From an uncultured Clostridia bacterium (GTDB taxonomy: Bacteria > Bacillota > Clostridia > UBA1381): a DNA stretch of 64,000 nucleotides. The notes beneath the pieces are model-generated. The model was not told the origin of the DNA. It worked only from the letters and a program-made list of their open reading frames with translations, and searched no databases. A program made the position numbers and the translations under genes. Every line of letters starts with the position of its first letter. Positions within the stretch are counted from its first letter, which is position 1. Shown piece after piece: positions 17,361 to 26,889 of this stretch. The stretch lies in the NCBI GenBank assembly GCA_947631085.1, contig CANRJY010000005.1, forward strand, positions 25,976 to 89,975, read 5' to 3'.

Positions 17361-18464
17361 TCAATCCATATATCCTTTTGCCGTCAACAATTCCGCCAAC
17401 AATACCGCGCCGCCTGCCGCGCCTCTCAGCGTGTTATGGCTCATCGAAACCATTTTGTAATCGTACTGTGTCGACTCTCTGAGCCTGCCGCAGCTTATCG
17501 CCATGCCGCCGTCGATCTCGCGCGCCGTCTTAATCTGCGGCTGATCGGGATTTTCGGCTTCGGTGTAAACGTGGATAAACTGCTTCGGCGCGTGCGGCAA
17601 ATTTAATTCCTGCGGTACGCCCTTAAATTCGCGCCACATATTCTCGATCTCCTCAACCGACGGCTTATTCACGCCGTCCTTGAACGAGAAGAATATCGCC
17701 GCCGTATGACCGTCCGAAACGGGTACGCGGTACGTTTGGCACTCGATCTGCAGCTCCGTTGACGGAACTATCTCGCCGCCCTCGATTTTGCCCAAAATCT
17801 TATTCGGCTCAACCTCCGACTTCATCTCCTCGCCGCCTATATACGGAATGAGGTTGTCGACCATTTCCTGCCACGTTTCAAACGTCTTGCCCGCGCCGGA
17901 AATCGCCTGATACGTCGTAACAAGCGCGTGGTCTATTGGGTATTTTTGATTTATGACCGCCATAGCGGGCAGGTACGACTGAAGCGAGCAATTCGACTTG
18001 ACCGCCACAAAACCGCGCTTCGTGCCGAGCCGCTTTCTCTGCGCCGGAATGATCTCGATATGCTGCGGATTTATCTCCGGTATGATCATCGGCACGTCGG
18101 GAGTATGTCTGTGCGCCGAGTTGTTTGAAACAACGGGACACTCCGCCTTAGCGTAACGCTCCTCCAAAGCCTTTATCTCGTCCTTTTTCATATCGACCGC
18201 GCAGAACACAAAGTCAACCATCGACGCGATTTTCTCAACGTCGCCCGCCGCGTCCATAACCACCATATCGGCAACGCTCGCGGGAATTTCCTCCTTCATC
18301 GCCCACTTCGCGCCGACCGCGTCCTTATACGCCTTGCCCGCGCTTCTCGGCGACGCGGCAAGCACCGTTATCGTGTACCACGGGTGATCGTGCAGAAGCG
18401 TTATGAAACGCTGTCCCACCATTCCCGTAGCGCCTATTATTCCTACCTTGTAATTTTCTTTCAT
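17361..18464 (-). CDS. asd: aspartate-semialdehyde dehydrogenase
   Basis: [12 protein letters not shown] and QAISGAG motifs. ATG 18464 has an AAAGGAG RBS. Confidence 0.9.
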   Translation of the reverse strand: MKENYKVGIIGATGMVGQRFITLLHDHPWYTITVLAASPRSAGKAYKDAVGAKWAMKEEIPASVADMVVMDAAGDVEKIASMVDFVFCAVDMKKDEIKALEERYAKAECPVVSNNSAHRHTPDVPMIIPEINPQHIEIIPAQRKRLGTKRGFVAVKSNCSLQSYLPAMAVINQKYPIDHALVTTYQAISGAGKTFETWQEMVDNLIPYIGGEEMKSEVEPNKILGKIEGGEIVPSTELQIECQTYRVPVSDGHTAAIFFSFKDGVNKPSVEEIENMWREFKGVPQELNLPHAPKQFIHVYTEAENPDQPQIKTAREIDGGMAISCGRLRESTQYDYKMVSMSHNTLRGAAGGAVLLAELLTAKGYMD

Positions 18465-18489
18465 ATATAAAACTCCTTTCATGCGTGTT

Positions 18490-18700
18490 AAAAAGACAGC
18501 GGTTTTCGAGCCGCTGCCTATAATCCAAGCATTATACGCGATAGCTCTCCACCAACGTGACAGTCATACCGCTCTTAACGATATGCCCAGCCATACGCCC
18601 CGCGACAAACGCACCGCTTCGGCGTTTTCCCCTTTCCCCGCGCCTCAAAGGCTGCCGCGAGCCTCCGCGCGGGTACTGATAAAAAACGCGCCTCTATCTA
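18490..18700 (-). promoter_or_regulatory. lysine riboswitch (L-box) with terminator, leader of asd-dapA-dapB
   Basis: The minus strand reads AGAGGCGC...GGGGAAAGGGGAAAACGCCGAAG...ACTGTCAC..TGGAGAGCTA, matching L-box conserved blocks. This is followed by hairpin GGCAGCGG-CTCGAAAA-CCGCTGTC plus TTTTT (18490..18518), just upstream of the asd RBS. Confidence 0.75.
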
Positions 18701-18708
18701 TTTATAAT

Positions 18709-18737
18709 ATATTATCACGATTAAATATATGTGTCAA
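18709..18737 (-). promoter_or_regulatory. promoter of the L-box/asd operon
   Basis: Minus strand TTGACA, 17 nt, TAATAT. Confidence 0.5.
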
Positions 18738-18777
18738 TAGGAAAATTGTTATTTTTCTTAATTTATTACGCAATCGC

Positions 18778-18806
18778 TTGACATTATTTTTTATCGGTGT
18801 TATAAT
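18778..18806 (+). promoter_or_regulatory. consensus SigA-type promoter with no downstream ORF
   Basis: TTGACA (18778), 17 nt, TATAAT (18801), preceded by a TG-extended -10 (TGTTATAAT). Confidence 0.55.
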
Positions 18807-18812
18807 ATAAAT

Positions 18813-18958
18813 AACAAAACAACCGCCGAAGGTGTGAGTTCGGCGGCTGTTCGTGAATACGGCATCGCTTGCGCGAGAAGCGATTGCTTAGTCACTTTAA
18901 AGGTTGACGAAAAAATAATCGCCTACATTTAAGAGTGGTGGGGCGATTATTTTGTTAT
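18813..18958 (+). ncRNA. candidate small RNA (about 145 nt), convergent with the small ORF at 18947..19012
   Basis: Runs from the consensus promoter, through hairpins CCGCCGAA/TTCGGCGG (18823..18846) and ATCGCTT/AAGCGAT (18864..18884), to the bidirectional terminator. I saw no ORF. Confidence 0.3.
18915..18950. terminator. bidirectional terminator hairpin
   Basis: ATAATCGCC...GGCGATTAT, with ATTTTGTT on the plus strand and ATTTTTTCGTC on the minus strand. Confidence 0.5.
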
Positions 18959-19012
18959 CTTATAAATTATTATCAAAATGATAACGATTATAATAAGATT
19001 CAATGTTTCCAT
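18947..19012 (-). CDS. 21-aa hydrophobic peptide METLNLIIIVIILIIIYKITK (candidate type I toxin-like or small membrane peptide)
   Basis: Hand-translated and below the ORF-track cutoff. GGGAGG RBS 8 nt upstream of the ATG. Own promoter at 19134..19162 and a terminator directly downstream. Confidence 0.35.
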   Translation of the reverse strand: METLNLIIIVIILIIIYKITK

Positions 19013-19133
19013 TGAGTAAGCCTCCCTTCGTGATGCGAAATCACAGGGTCTACTCTTTTATCTATACATAAAAGGTTGAACCTTTCGGGAGTGACAAAAC
19101 AATCGTCCGATAAGCGGGCTGTATCCACAGGTA

Positions 19134-19162
19134 ATTTTACAGTATTGCATAATCTTTGTCAA
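19134..19162 (-). promoter_or_regulatory. promoter of the small-ORF transcript
   Basis: Minus strand TTGACA, 17 nt, TAAAAT. It would give a 5' UTR of about 115 nt with hairpins, including GTGAT-TTCGC-ATCAC abutting the RBS. Confidence 0.5.
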
Positions 19163-19196
19163 ATTAAATTTATGTGACATACGCGGAGGGATGACC

Positions 19197-19973
19197 ATGA
19201 TACTTACTATAGATATCGGCAACACCAATATTGTGATAGGCTGCTGCCGCGGAGAAGAGATACTTTTCGGCGAACGCCTTACTACCAATAAAAACGGTAC
19301 CGCGCTCGAATATGCGGTGATTTTTAAGAATGTACTTGAAATGTATTCGGTAAATCCGCGCGAGATAACCGGCGCCGTTATATCGTCGGTGGTCCCGTCC
19401 GTTACGGACGTTGTGCGCGAGGCGGTCCTGAAAATAACCGGCGTGGAATCCTTGACAGTGGGACCCGGGATAAAGACGGGGCTCAGCATTCTCACCGACG
19501 ATCCCGCACAGCTCGGAAGCGACCTTGTTGTTGACGCGGTTGCCGGAATAAGCGAATACCCGCTGCCGCTTGTGATTTTCGATTTGGGTACCGCCACAAC
19601 GGTATCGGTCATTGACGAGAAAAAAAATTATCTCGGCGGAATGATTTTGCCCGGAATGCGTACCGCGCTCGATTCGCTTGTCGGAAAAACGTCGCAGCTC
19701 CCGAATATACGTCTTAATTCCCCCAAAAAGGTTATAGGGACGAATACCGTGGATTGTATGCAAAGCGGTATGCTTTACGGCACCGCGGCGAGTATCGACG
19801 GCATAATCGAGAAAATCGAGAATGAACTCGGCAGAGGCGTGACCGCCGTAGCGACCGGCGGGCTTGCAGGTACGGTAATTCCGCTGTGCGCGAGGGAAAT
19901 TATTGTCGATGACGATTTGCTGCTTAAAGGTCTTATGATACTCTATAATAAAAATAAGAAGGACGCGGAATGA
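19197..19973 (+). CDS. coaX: type III pantothenate kinase
   Basis: ILTIDIGNTN and DLGTATT motifs. The second ATG (19197) is better spaced from the GGAGGG RBS than 19191. Confidence 0.9.
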   Translation: MILTIDIGNTNIVIGCCRGEEILFGERLTTNKNGTALEYAVIFKNVLEMYSVNPREITGAVISSVVPSVTDVVREAVLKITGVESLTVGPGIKTGLSILTDDPAQLGSDLVVDAVAGISEYPLPLVIFDLGTATTVSVIDEKKNYLGGMILPGMRTALDSLVGKTSQLPNIRLNSPKKVIGTNTVDCMQSGMLYGTAASIDGIIEKIENELGRGVTAVATGGLAGTVIPLCAREIIVDDDLLLKGLMILYNKNKKDAE

Positions 19974-19988
19974 TCCGCGTCTTTTAAT
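19962..19988 (+). terminator. terminator overlapping the coaX stop
   Basis: GACGCGGA-ATGA-TCCGCGTC followed by TTTT. Confidence 0.6.
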
Positions 19989-20138
19989 TTATTCGCGCCT
20001 GCGTTTGCGGGTAAACGATAAATGTCAATATGGCTTTTATAAAAAATCACAAAAAATTATCTTGATTTTAACGGAAATTTGGTATACAATATATAAAACA
20101 GGTATCGGTTTTTCGGAAACAACAAAGGATATCGGCGA

Positions 20139-21686
20139 ATGAACAAAAATAAACAAACCATAATAAATATGGCGGCGAGTCTTATCGCTTTCGCCATTTC
20201 AATAGGAATAAATTTTTTTCTTTCAAAATACATAGTGGAAAGCGTCGGTGCGGAGGCTAACGGATTTATAAAGGTATCGGATACGTTTCTCGCATGCTTT
20301 TCGATAATTACTGTCGCGATGAACTCGATGGCGGGCAGGTTTATTTCCATTTCATATTTTCGGGATAAACCGCAGGAAGCCAACGAATATTACAGCTCGA
20401 CGTTTTTTTCCAATGTCATCCTGAGCGCGATATTTTTCCCGATATTTGTTTTTATAGTGTTTAATGTTTCGAGTTTGCTCAATATCAGCACGCCGGAGCT
20501 GACGCTCGACGTGCAGTTTCTGCTCGGATTTACGGCGATAAATTTCATCGTCGGCATACTTTCGATAAATTTCGGAGTTTCGTTTTACATAAAAAATAAG
20601 CTCTATATTCAGTCGCTTATAAATATAGCGGGCTATGTGCTGCGCGCGGTGCTTTTATATCTTATGTTCAGCTCCCTGAAGCCGTATGTCGCGTATACGG
20701 CGGTGGTTATGCTTATCGTGACGCTATTCACGCAGGGCTGCAATATCTTCTTTAAGCACAGGCTGATTCCGGAGCTGAAGCTCAGCGCGAAAAACTTTAA
20801 GCTCGATAAAGTAAAAACGCTGTTCATGTCGGGAATTTGGAACAGTATCACAAGAATGGGCACGCTTTTGTCGAGCGGTATTGACTTGATTGTTACAAAT
20901 CTCATGCTCGGCGGCTCCGATATGGGACTTTTGGCGCTCGTTAAGATTATCCCGAATATGGTGAACAATATGACGGACACGCTCGCCGTTACGTTTATTC
21001 CGAACCTCACCAAGCTTTACGCCGACAATAAAATTCCGGAAATGGTTCGTGAAACAAAATCGTCCATGCAGCTTATGAGTATGCTCATAAGCATACCCAT
21101 AGGACTTGTTATAAGCTTCGGCACGGACATATTCGCGCTTTGGTACCCGAGCGAGGACGCGTTTTTCCTGCGCCTGCTCAGCGTCATAGCGGTGCTGCCG
21201 CTCGCTATAGTTTGTCCGGCGATGGTTATACAGAATATTTTTGTGATAATAAACAAAATTAAAACGACCTCGCTGCTGATTTGCGCGACGGGCTTTCTCA
21301 ATATCATCGTGCTGCTCGTGCTGCTCAAAACGACGAACGCCGGCATATCGGCTGTCGTATGCGTAGGATCGATACTTGCGATGGTGCGCGATCTGTGCTA
21401 TACCGTCCCGTACGGCGCAAAATATTTGGGCGTCAGCGCGAGAACGTTTTATCCGGATGTTATAAAATCGCTTATAGCGTCGTTTGCCATAGGCGCGATA
21501 GGCATGATATTCAGGCGCATGATGCCGTCGGTATCGTGGCTTAACCTGTTCGTGTTCGGCGGAATGGCTGCCGCGGCGGGGCTTTGCTTCAACTTTTTGT
21601 TCATTCTCGGAAAAGAATCGCGGAGCCAGCTCGTATCTATAAAAAAAAATTTTGCCGGCGCGAGGAAGAAAAATATAACTAAATAA
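20139..21686 (+). CDS. polysaccharide/oligosaccharide flippase family protein (MOP superfamily)
   Basis: 515 aa with about 14 predicted TM helices and Wzx/SpoVB-like architecture. Confidence 0.6.
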   Translation: MNKNKQTIINMAASLIAFAISIGINFFLSKYIVESVGAEANGFIKVSDTFLACFSIITVAMNSMAGRFISISYFRDKPQEANEYYSSTFFSNVILSAIFFPIFVFIVFNVSSLLNISTPELTLDVQFLLGFTAINFIVGILSINFGVSFYIKNKLYIQSLINIAGYVLRAVLLYLMFSSLKPYVAYTAVVMLIVTLFTQGCNIFFKHRLIPELKLSAKNFKLDKVKTLFMSGIWNSITRMGTLLSSGIDLIVTNLMLGGSDMGLLALVKIIPNMVNNMTDTLAVTFIPNLTKLYADNKIPEMVRETKSSMQLMSMLISIPIGLVISFGTDIFALWYPSEDAFFLRLLSVIAVLPLAIVCPAMVIQNIFVIINKIKTTSLLICATGFLNIIVLLVLLKTTNAGISAVVCVGSILAMVRDLCYTVPYGAKYLGVSARTFYPDVIKSLIASFAIGAIGMIFRRMMPSVSWLNLFVFGGMAAAAGLCFNFLFILGKESRSQLVSIKKNFAGARKKNITK

Positions 21687-21777
21687 TATAAAACGCCCGT
21701 ATTAAGCCGTTTTTCAGGATGGGAAAGGTATCGGAGAAAAATTTTTCAAAAATTTTTGATAAATTTTCATAAAACTA

Positions 21778-21806
21778 TTGCAAACCGAAAAAGAGTGTGT
21801 TATAAT
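21778..21806 (+). promoter_or_regulatory. SigA-type promoter with no downstream ORF
   Basis: TTGCAA, 17 nt, TATAAT, with a TG-extended -10. Confidence 0.5.
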
Positions 21807-21811
21807 ACCGT

Positions 21812-21895
21812 TGTAGAAAGAAATTACATTCTACCCTTTTATCCTATACATAGCAAAAACAAAAAAAGTACCTCACTCCTTTAGGTACTTTTTTT
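21812..21895 (+). ncRNA. candidate small RNA (about 85 nt)
   Basis: Lies between the promoter at 21778 and the strong terminator at 21861..21895. No ATG-initiated ORF. Hairpin GTAGAA...TTCTAC. The terminator loop reads CACTCCTTT. Confidence 0.3.
21861..21895. terminator. strong rho-independent terminator
   Basis: AAAAAAAGTACCT-CACTCCTTT-AGGTACTTTTTTT. Confidence 0.7.
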
Positions 21896-21934
21896 GCATT
21901 GGGGGCGGGGCGTAAATTTAGAAATTAATAGTAA

Positions 21935-21963
21935 TTGAAATTTCCGAACAAATCTGTTATAAT
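21935..21963 (+). promoter_or_regulatory. promoter of the glycosyltransferase gene
   Basis: TTGAAA, 17 nt, TATAAT, with a TG-extended -10. Confidence 0.5.
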
Positions 21964-21997
21964 ATAAAAAACCAACAAAATGAAGGGACTAAATCGC

Positions 21998-23143
21998 ATG
22001 AATGTTCTTTTAATGTCCGTCAAAGCGGGGTTCGGGCATCACTCGACGGCGCTCGCTATGATGAGCTATTTTGAAAAATTCTCTCACAGGTGCGAAATGC
22101 TCGATATTTTTAACTACATAAACAAGCCTCTCGGCACGGCGATAGACGACGGCTATCTGTTTTCGACGAAATATATGCCGAATATCTACGGAAAGGCGTA
22201 TGAAAAGCTCGACAAAAAGGACGAGCCGTACGATAAGCGCGCGCCTATAAGCCTGGTTTCAAATCTCGTGTCGAAAAAGCTGACAAAATACGTCGAGGAA
22301 TACGCGCCCGATTTAATTATAGGCACGCACAGCGTGGCGGGAATGGTTATGAGTATTTTATCGAAGCGCGGCGTCATATCCTGCCCGACGATAGGAATAA
22401 TAACCGATTTCACGGTTCACCCGTTTTGGGAAAGCACCGACCTTGATTATTACGTTACGCCCGACGAAATTTTAAATTACGAAATGGCGAAAAAGGGCGT
22501 GTCAGGAAGGAAAATCCTTCCCATAGGCATACCCATACGCGAGAAGTTTTCTGTGCGCGGCGACAAAGCGAAAGCGCGCGCGGCGCTGAACATTCACGAT
22601 AAAACGACGGCTCTCGTGATGATGGGGTCGATGGGCTACGGCAATATCAAAAAAATGCTTATGGAAATGGATGAATTTCAGTCAGATTTTCAGATTATAT
22701 GCGTGTGCGGCTCAAATAAAAAGGCATACGCGGAAATAAACGATTATATTTGGAAAAAGGAAGTATACGCTTACGGCTTTACGGATAAGGTTGACATGAT
22801 GATGGACGCGGCTGATTTTATCGTTTCGAAGCCGGGCGGACTTACCACGTCCGAGGCTCTCGCGAAGGGGCTTCCTATGATTATAATAAATCCGCTTCCC
22901 GGGCAGGAGGACAGAAATCTCGATTTTCTCGTAAACAACGGCGCGGCGGTGATGGTAAACGAGCGTTACTCCATATCGGACGCGCTCAATCAGCTTTTGA
23001 ACTGCGAATGGCGCAGGCGGCTTATCGAGGAAAGCGTCGGGAGGCTCGGAAAGCCCTCGGCGACGGCGGATCTTTATAAATTCGTGACGGAAAAGCTGTG
23101 GGCAAATTCAACGGGTACGGAAAACGCTTTGCCCGTTAAGTAA
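21998..23143 (+). CDS. MGDG-synthase/UgtP-like diacylglycerol glycosyltransferase (GT28)
   Basis: N-terminal AGFGHH motif and C-terminal SKPGGLTTSEALAKGLPMI motif. ATG 21998 has GAAGGGA upstream (the track start 21980 has no RBS). Confidence 0.75.
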   Translation: MNVLLMSVKAGFGHHSTALAMMSYFEKFSHRCEMLDIFNYINKPLGTAIDDGYLFSTKYMPNIYGKAYEKLDKKDEPYDKRAPISLVSNLVSKKLTKYVEEYAPDLIIGTHSVAGMVMSILSKRGVISCPTIGIITDFTVHPFWESTDLDYYVTPDEILNYEMAKKGVSGRKILPIGIPIREKFSVRGDKAKARAALNIHDKTTALVMMGSMGYGNIKKMLMEMDEFQSDFQIICVCGSNKKAYAEINDYIWKKEVYAYGFTDKVDMMMDAADFIVSKPGGLTTSEALAKGLPMIIINPLPGQEDRNLDFLVNNGAAVMVNERYSISDALNQLLNCEWRRRLIEESVGRLGKPSATADLYKFVTEKLWANSTGTENALPVK

Positions 23144-24003
23144 TTGAGTATTCCTGCGTCGGACTTGAACGCGAAAATCAGCTTCCGGCTCACGAGCGAG
23201 TACGGTTTGCCCGTTTTTGAGCCGCCGTATTTCACGTCGCCCGACAGCGGATGCCCGACGGCGGCAAGCTGAGCGCGTATCTGATGCGTGCGTCCCGTGA
23301 GAAGCTCGACCTCGAGAAGCGACCGCTTTTCGCTGACCGCAAGCGTTTTGTATCTTATTTTAACGGGTTTTGAATTATCCGAAGGGGCGTCCGAAACAGA
23401 CGCCTTTTTTTCGCGGCGCGTAAGAAATGCCGACAGCTCTCCCTCGCCTGTCATTATCCCGTCGGCAACGCACAAATACAGCTTTTTTATCTCGCGCAGG
23501 CGGATTTTTTCGTTGATGATCCTGAGCGCCGCCGCGTTTTTCGCCGCGATAATTATTCCGGCGGTGTTGCGGTCGAGCCTGTTGCACAGCGCGGGAGCGA
23601 AGCTGTGCTCATCCGACGGGTCGTATTCGTTCTTATTATATAGATAGCTTTGTATACGCGCAATAAGCGTGTCGGAGGTGTTTTTATCGTCCGCGTGAAC
23701 TACCAGCCCGACGGGTTTATTTATGAGAAGGATGTTTTCGTCCTCGTAAACAACGTCAATATCATCGTTTGACGGCGTAAAAGTACGATCTTCCTTGAAA
23801 AATTCGTCCTTAAAATAAAGCGCGAGCTCGTCCCCGCCGCGCAGAATTGCCGCTCCGTCCCTGACGTGCTTTCCGTTTACGCGCACGCAGTTTTTCCGAA
23901 GCCCCTTATAGAGCATCGACTTCGGCAAATCGGGCATATATTTTGAGATGAATTTGTCAAGACGCTGATCAGCGTCGTTTTCGTTTATGATAACTTTTCG
24001 CAT
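23074..24003 (-). CDS. RluA-family 23S rRNA pseudouridine synthase with an S4-like N-terminal domain
   Basis: RLDKFISK S4-like region and NRLDRNTAGIIIAAKN catalytic motif, plus GRTHQIR. Confidence 0.85.
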   Translation of the reverse strand: MRKVIINENDADQRLDKFISKYMPDLPKSMLYKGLRKNCVRVNGKHVRDGAAILRGGDELALYFKDEFFKEDRTFTPSNDDIDVVYEDENILLINKPVGLVVHADDKNTSDTLIARIQSYLYNKNEYDPSDEHSFAPALCNRLDRNTAGIIIAAKNAAALRIINEKIRLREIKKLYLCVADGIMTGEGELSAFLTRREKKASVSDAPSDNSKPVKIRYKTLAVSEKRSLLEVELLTGRTHQIRAQLAAVGHPLSGDVKYGGSKTGKPYSLVSRKLIFAFKSDAGILNYLTGKAFSVPVEFAHSFSVTNL

Positions 24004-24117
24004 AATATTTCTCCGAAATTTTCTTTATATCGCTATTGTATCATATTTATTTTTGTGATACAATATATTGAAAGCAAAAATTTGCGCGTATCATTTTTAC
24101 ATAGAGGAGGAAATAAA

Positions 24118-25029
24118 ATGGGAATATTCGGTTTCGGCGGCGGCTACGATAAGCCGGGCAAGGGCGTGGACAAGGACGCGCCGAAGAAAAAGGGATTTTT
24201 TCTGTACTGGGACATCGTTTTCCGCAAATTCGTAAAATTCATTCAGGCGAATTTATTTTGTTTTATTTCGAGCATTCTGTATTTTGTGCTTTTGTACCTG
24301 CTGTCGGTGCTGCTTATCCAGCCGCAGTCGTTTATGGGCATAGGAGAGCAGTTCCGGCTTGAGGGCTCGTCCGTGAACGAGACGGCGGGCGCGATAGCGT
24401 TCGGATTCAGGGCTATGTTTATAATCGCGGTGACTATGCTTTGGGGAACAGGCCCCGCGTCCGCGTCGTTCGCGTACATCAACCGCTGTTTTACGCGCGG
24501 CGAGCACGCGTGGATCATAAGCGACGGTATGGACAAGATGAAGGAAAACTTCAAACAGGGCATGATAGTTGTTGTGATCGACTTTGTGCTTTTGCTTCTC
24601 GGCATAAACGCGCTGATGTTCTATTACAGCATATACATTTCCACCGGCAGCATTATGTGGATGGCGCTCTGCTACATAGCCGCGCTGCTGCTTCTGATTT
24701 ATACCATGATGCACCCGTATCTGTACCAGATAATGGTGACATTCAAATGCGGTATCGGCGCGCTTTATAAAAACGCGATACTGCTAACGCTTGGAAAGCT
24801 GCCGATGAATTTGCTGCTCACGCTCATATCGGGCGGAATAATATTCGCATTGTTTACGGCGATAAATCCCATAATCGCGCTGCTTTTCTCGATCGTATTG
24901 GGACCGTGCATCATGCGCTATCCGATGGAATTTTACGCGGCGCGCGTGATAGAAAAATCAATTCTTCGCGATATGCAGGCGAAAACGCCCGCGCCGCAGA
25001 TAGAGTATCTTGACGAGGAGGACGAATAA
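24118..25029 (+). CDS. DUF624/YesL-like membrane protein
   Basis: ATG 24118 has a GGAGG RBS. Lys-rich N-terminus followed by about 6 TM helices. Confidence 0.5.
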   Translation: MGIFGFGGGYDKPGKGVDKDAPKKKGFFLYWDIVFRKFVKFIQANLFCFISSILYFVLLYLLSVLLIQPQSFMGIGEQFRLEGSSVNETAGAIAFGFRAMFIIAVTMLWGTGPASASFAYINRCFTRGEHAWIISDGMDKMKENFKQGMIVVVIDFVLLLLGINALMFYYSIYISTGSIMWMALCYIAALLLLIYTMMHPYLYQIMVTFKCGIGALYKNAILLTLGKLPMNLLLTLISGGIIFALFTAINPIIALLFSIVLGPCIMRYPMEFYAARVIEKSILRDMQAKTPAPQIEYLDEEDE

Positions 25030-26888
25030 TGCTGCTTGGCGAATACGATATCGCCGTTATAGGCGGCGGACACGCCGGAATAGAGGCGGCTCTCGCGGCG
25101 GCTCGGCTCGGCATGAGGACTGTTATGTTCTCGATAAGCCTTGACGCTGTCGCAAATCTCCCCTGCAATCCGAGCATAGGCGGCACGGCGAAGGGACATC
25201 TCGTGCGCGAGATAGACGCTCTCGGCGGCGAAATGGGCAAGGCGGCGGACGCAACGTTTATACAGTCGAAAATGCTCAACCGCGGCAAAGGCCCCGCCGT
25301 TCACTCTCTGCGCGCTCAGGTTGACAGGAAAAAGTATCACGCCGAAATGAAGCGGCGCGTCGAGGAACAGGAAAATTTACAGCTGAAACAGGCTGAAATA
25401 GTTGATATATCGGTCGAAAACGGTCGCGTAACGGGCGTTAGAACGAGCACAGGCGCGGAATACGCGGTAAAAGCCGTGATCGTCGCGACGGGAACGTATC
25501 TGAAGGGGAAAATCCTGATAGGCGATTACTCGAAGGAAAGCGGGCCGGACGGAATGTTTCCGGCTAACGAGCTGTCGAAAAATCTACGCCGTATCGGAGT
25601 GGAGCTCGCGCGGTTTAAAACGGGTACTCCGGCGAGAATACACGCGGATTCGCTCGATTTTGACAAAATGGAGGTCGAGCGCGGCGACGACAAAATTGTT
25701 CCGTTCTCGTTCGAAACGGAAAATGTCGGCGAAAACAAGGTAAATTGCCACCTCGTCTATACAAACGCGGAAACACACAGGATAATACATGAAAATCTTC
25801 ACCGCTCCGCGATGTACTCGGGGCTGGTCGAGGGCGTGGGGCCGCGCTATTGCCCGTCGATAGAGGATAAGGTCGTGCGGTTCGCGAACAAGGAACGCCA
25901 TCAGCTTTTTATCGAGCCGATGGGGCTTGACACAAAGGAAATGTACGCGCAGGGCTTTTCGACGAGTATGCCCGAGGACGTGCAGATAATGATGTATCGC
26001 TCGATCAAGGGCATGGAAAACGTGGAGATCATGCGTCCCGCGTACGCGATAGAGTACGATTGCTGCGACCCGACCCAGCTTCTTGCGACGCTTGAATTTA
26101 AAAAGATAAGCGGACTGTACGGCGCGGGACAGTTCAACGGCACGTCGGGCTACGAGGAAGCCGCCGCGCAGGGAATTATCGCGGGAATAAACGCCGCGCT
26201 CAAATTAAAGGGCGAAGAACCGCTTATCTTGAGCCGCTCAGACGGCTATATCGGCACTTTAATAGACGATTTGATCACGAAAGGCACGAACGAGCCGTAC
26301 AGAATGATGACCTCTCGCTCGGAATACCGCCTGCTCTTAAGGCAGGACAACGCCGACGAGCGCTTAACTCCGTTCGGCTATCGCGTCGGACTTATAAGCG
26401 AGGAGCGGTACAGGAAATTACAGGAAAAGCTGCGTCTTATCGACGAGGAAATAAAGCGGCTCGAGTCAACAACCGTGCCGCCGAAAACGGCGAACCCTAT
26501 CTTGGAAAAGTACGGCACGTCGCCGGTCAAAACGGGTGTAAAACTCAGCGATATGCTCAAACGCCCCGAGCTTGACTACGAAAAACTCGCGCCCGCCGAT
26601 CCCGAGAGACCAGATCTTCCCGACGCTGTATGCGAGCAGGTTGAGATACGTCTGAAATACGACGGTTACATCAAGCGTCAAATAATGCAGGCGGAGCAGT
26701 TCCACAAAATGGAATCGCGTTTGCTGCCGGAAAACCAGGATTATTCGAGCATTCACGGCTTGCGTCTCGAAGCGCGGCAGAAGCTCAATAAAATCCAACC
26801 AAAATCGCTCGGACAGGCGTCGAGAATATCCGGCGTTTCACCGGCGGATATTTCGGTTTTGGCGGTATGGCTCGAAACAAGGAAATAA
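25029..26888 (+). CDS. mnmG: tRNA uridine 5-carboxymethylaminomethyl modification enzyme
   Basis: [19 protein letters not shown] motif, CNPSIGG and [16 protein letters not shown] motifs. Confidence 0.95.
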   Translation: MLLGEYDIAVIGGGHAGIEAALAAARLGMRTVMFSISLDAVANLPCNPSIGGTAKGHLVREIDALGGEMGKAADATFIQSKMLNRGKGPAVHSLRAQVDRKKYHAEMKRRVEEQENLQLKQAEIVDISVENGRVTGVRTSTGAEYAVKAVIVATGTYLKGKILIGDYSKESGPDGMFPANELSKNLRRIGVELARFKTGTPARIHADSLDFDKMEVERGDDKIVPFSFETENVGENKVNCHLVYTNAETHRIIHENLHRSAMYSGLVEGVGPRYCPSIEDKVVRFANKERHQLFIEPMGLDTKEMYAQGFSTSMPEDVQIMMYRSIKGMENVEIMRPAYAIEYDCCDPTQLLATLEFKKISGLYGAGQFNGTSGYEEAAAQGIIAGINAALKLKGEEPLILSRSDGYIGTLIDDLITKGTNEPYRMMTSRSEYRLLLRQDNADERLTPFGYRVGLISEERYRKLQEKLRLIDEEIKRLESTTVPPKTANPILEKYGTSPVKTGVKLSDMLKRPELDYEKLAPADPERPDLPDAVCEQVEIRLKYDGYIKRQIMQAEQFHKMESRLLPENQDYSSIHGLRLEARQKLNKIQPKSLGQASRISGVSPADISVLAVWLETRK

Positions 26889-26889
26889 C

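Noticed and set aside
21985-21993. GGGACTAAA just upstream of the GT28 start, as a motif copy outside the cob operon.
   Set aside because: It lacks two of the core bases (AC), leaving a 9-mer that is easily explained by chance.
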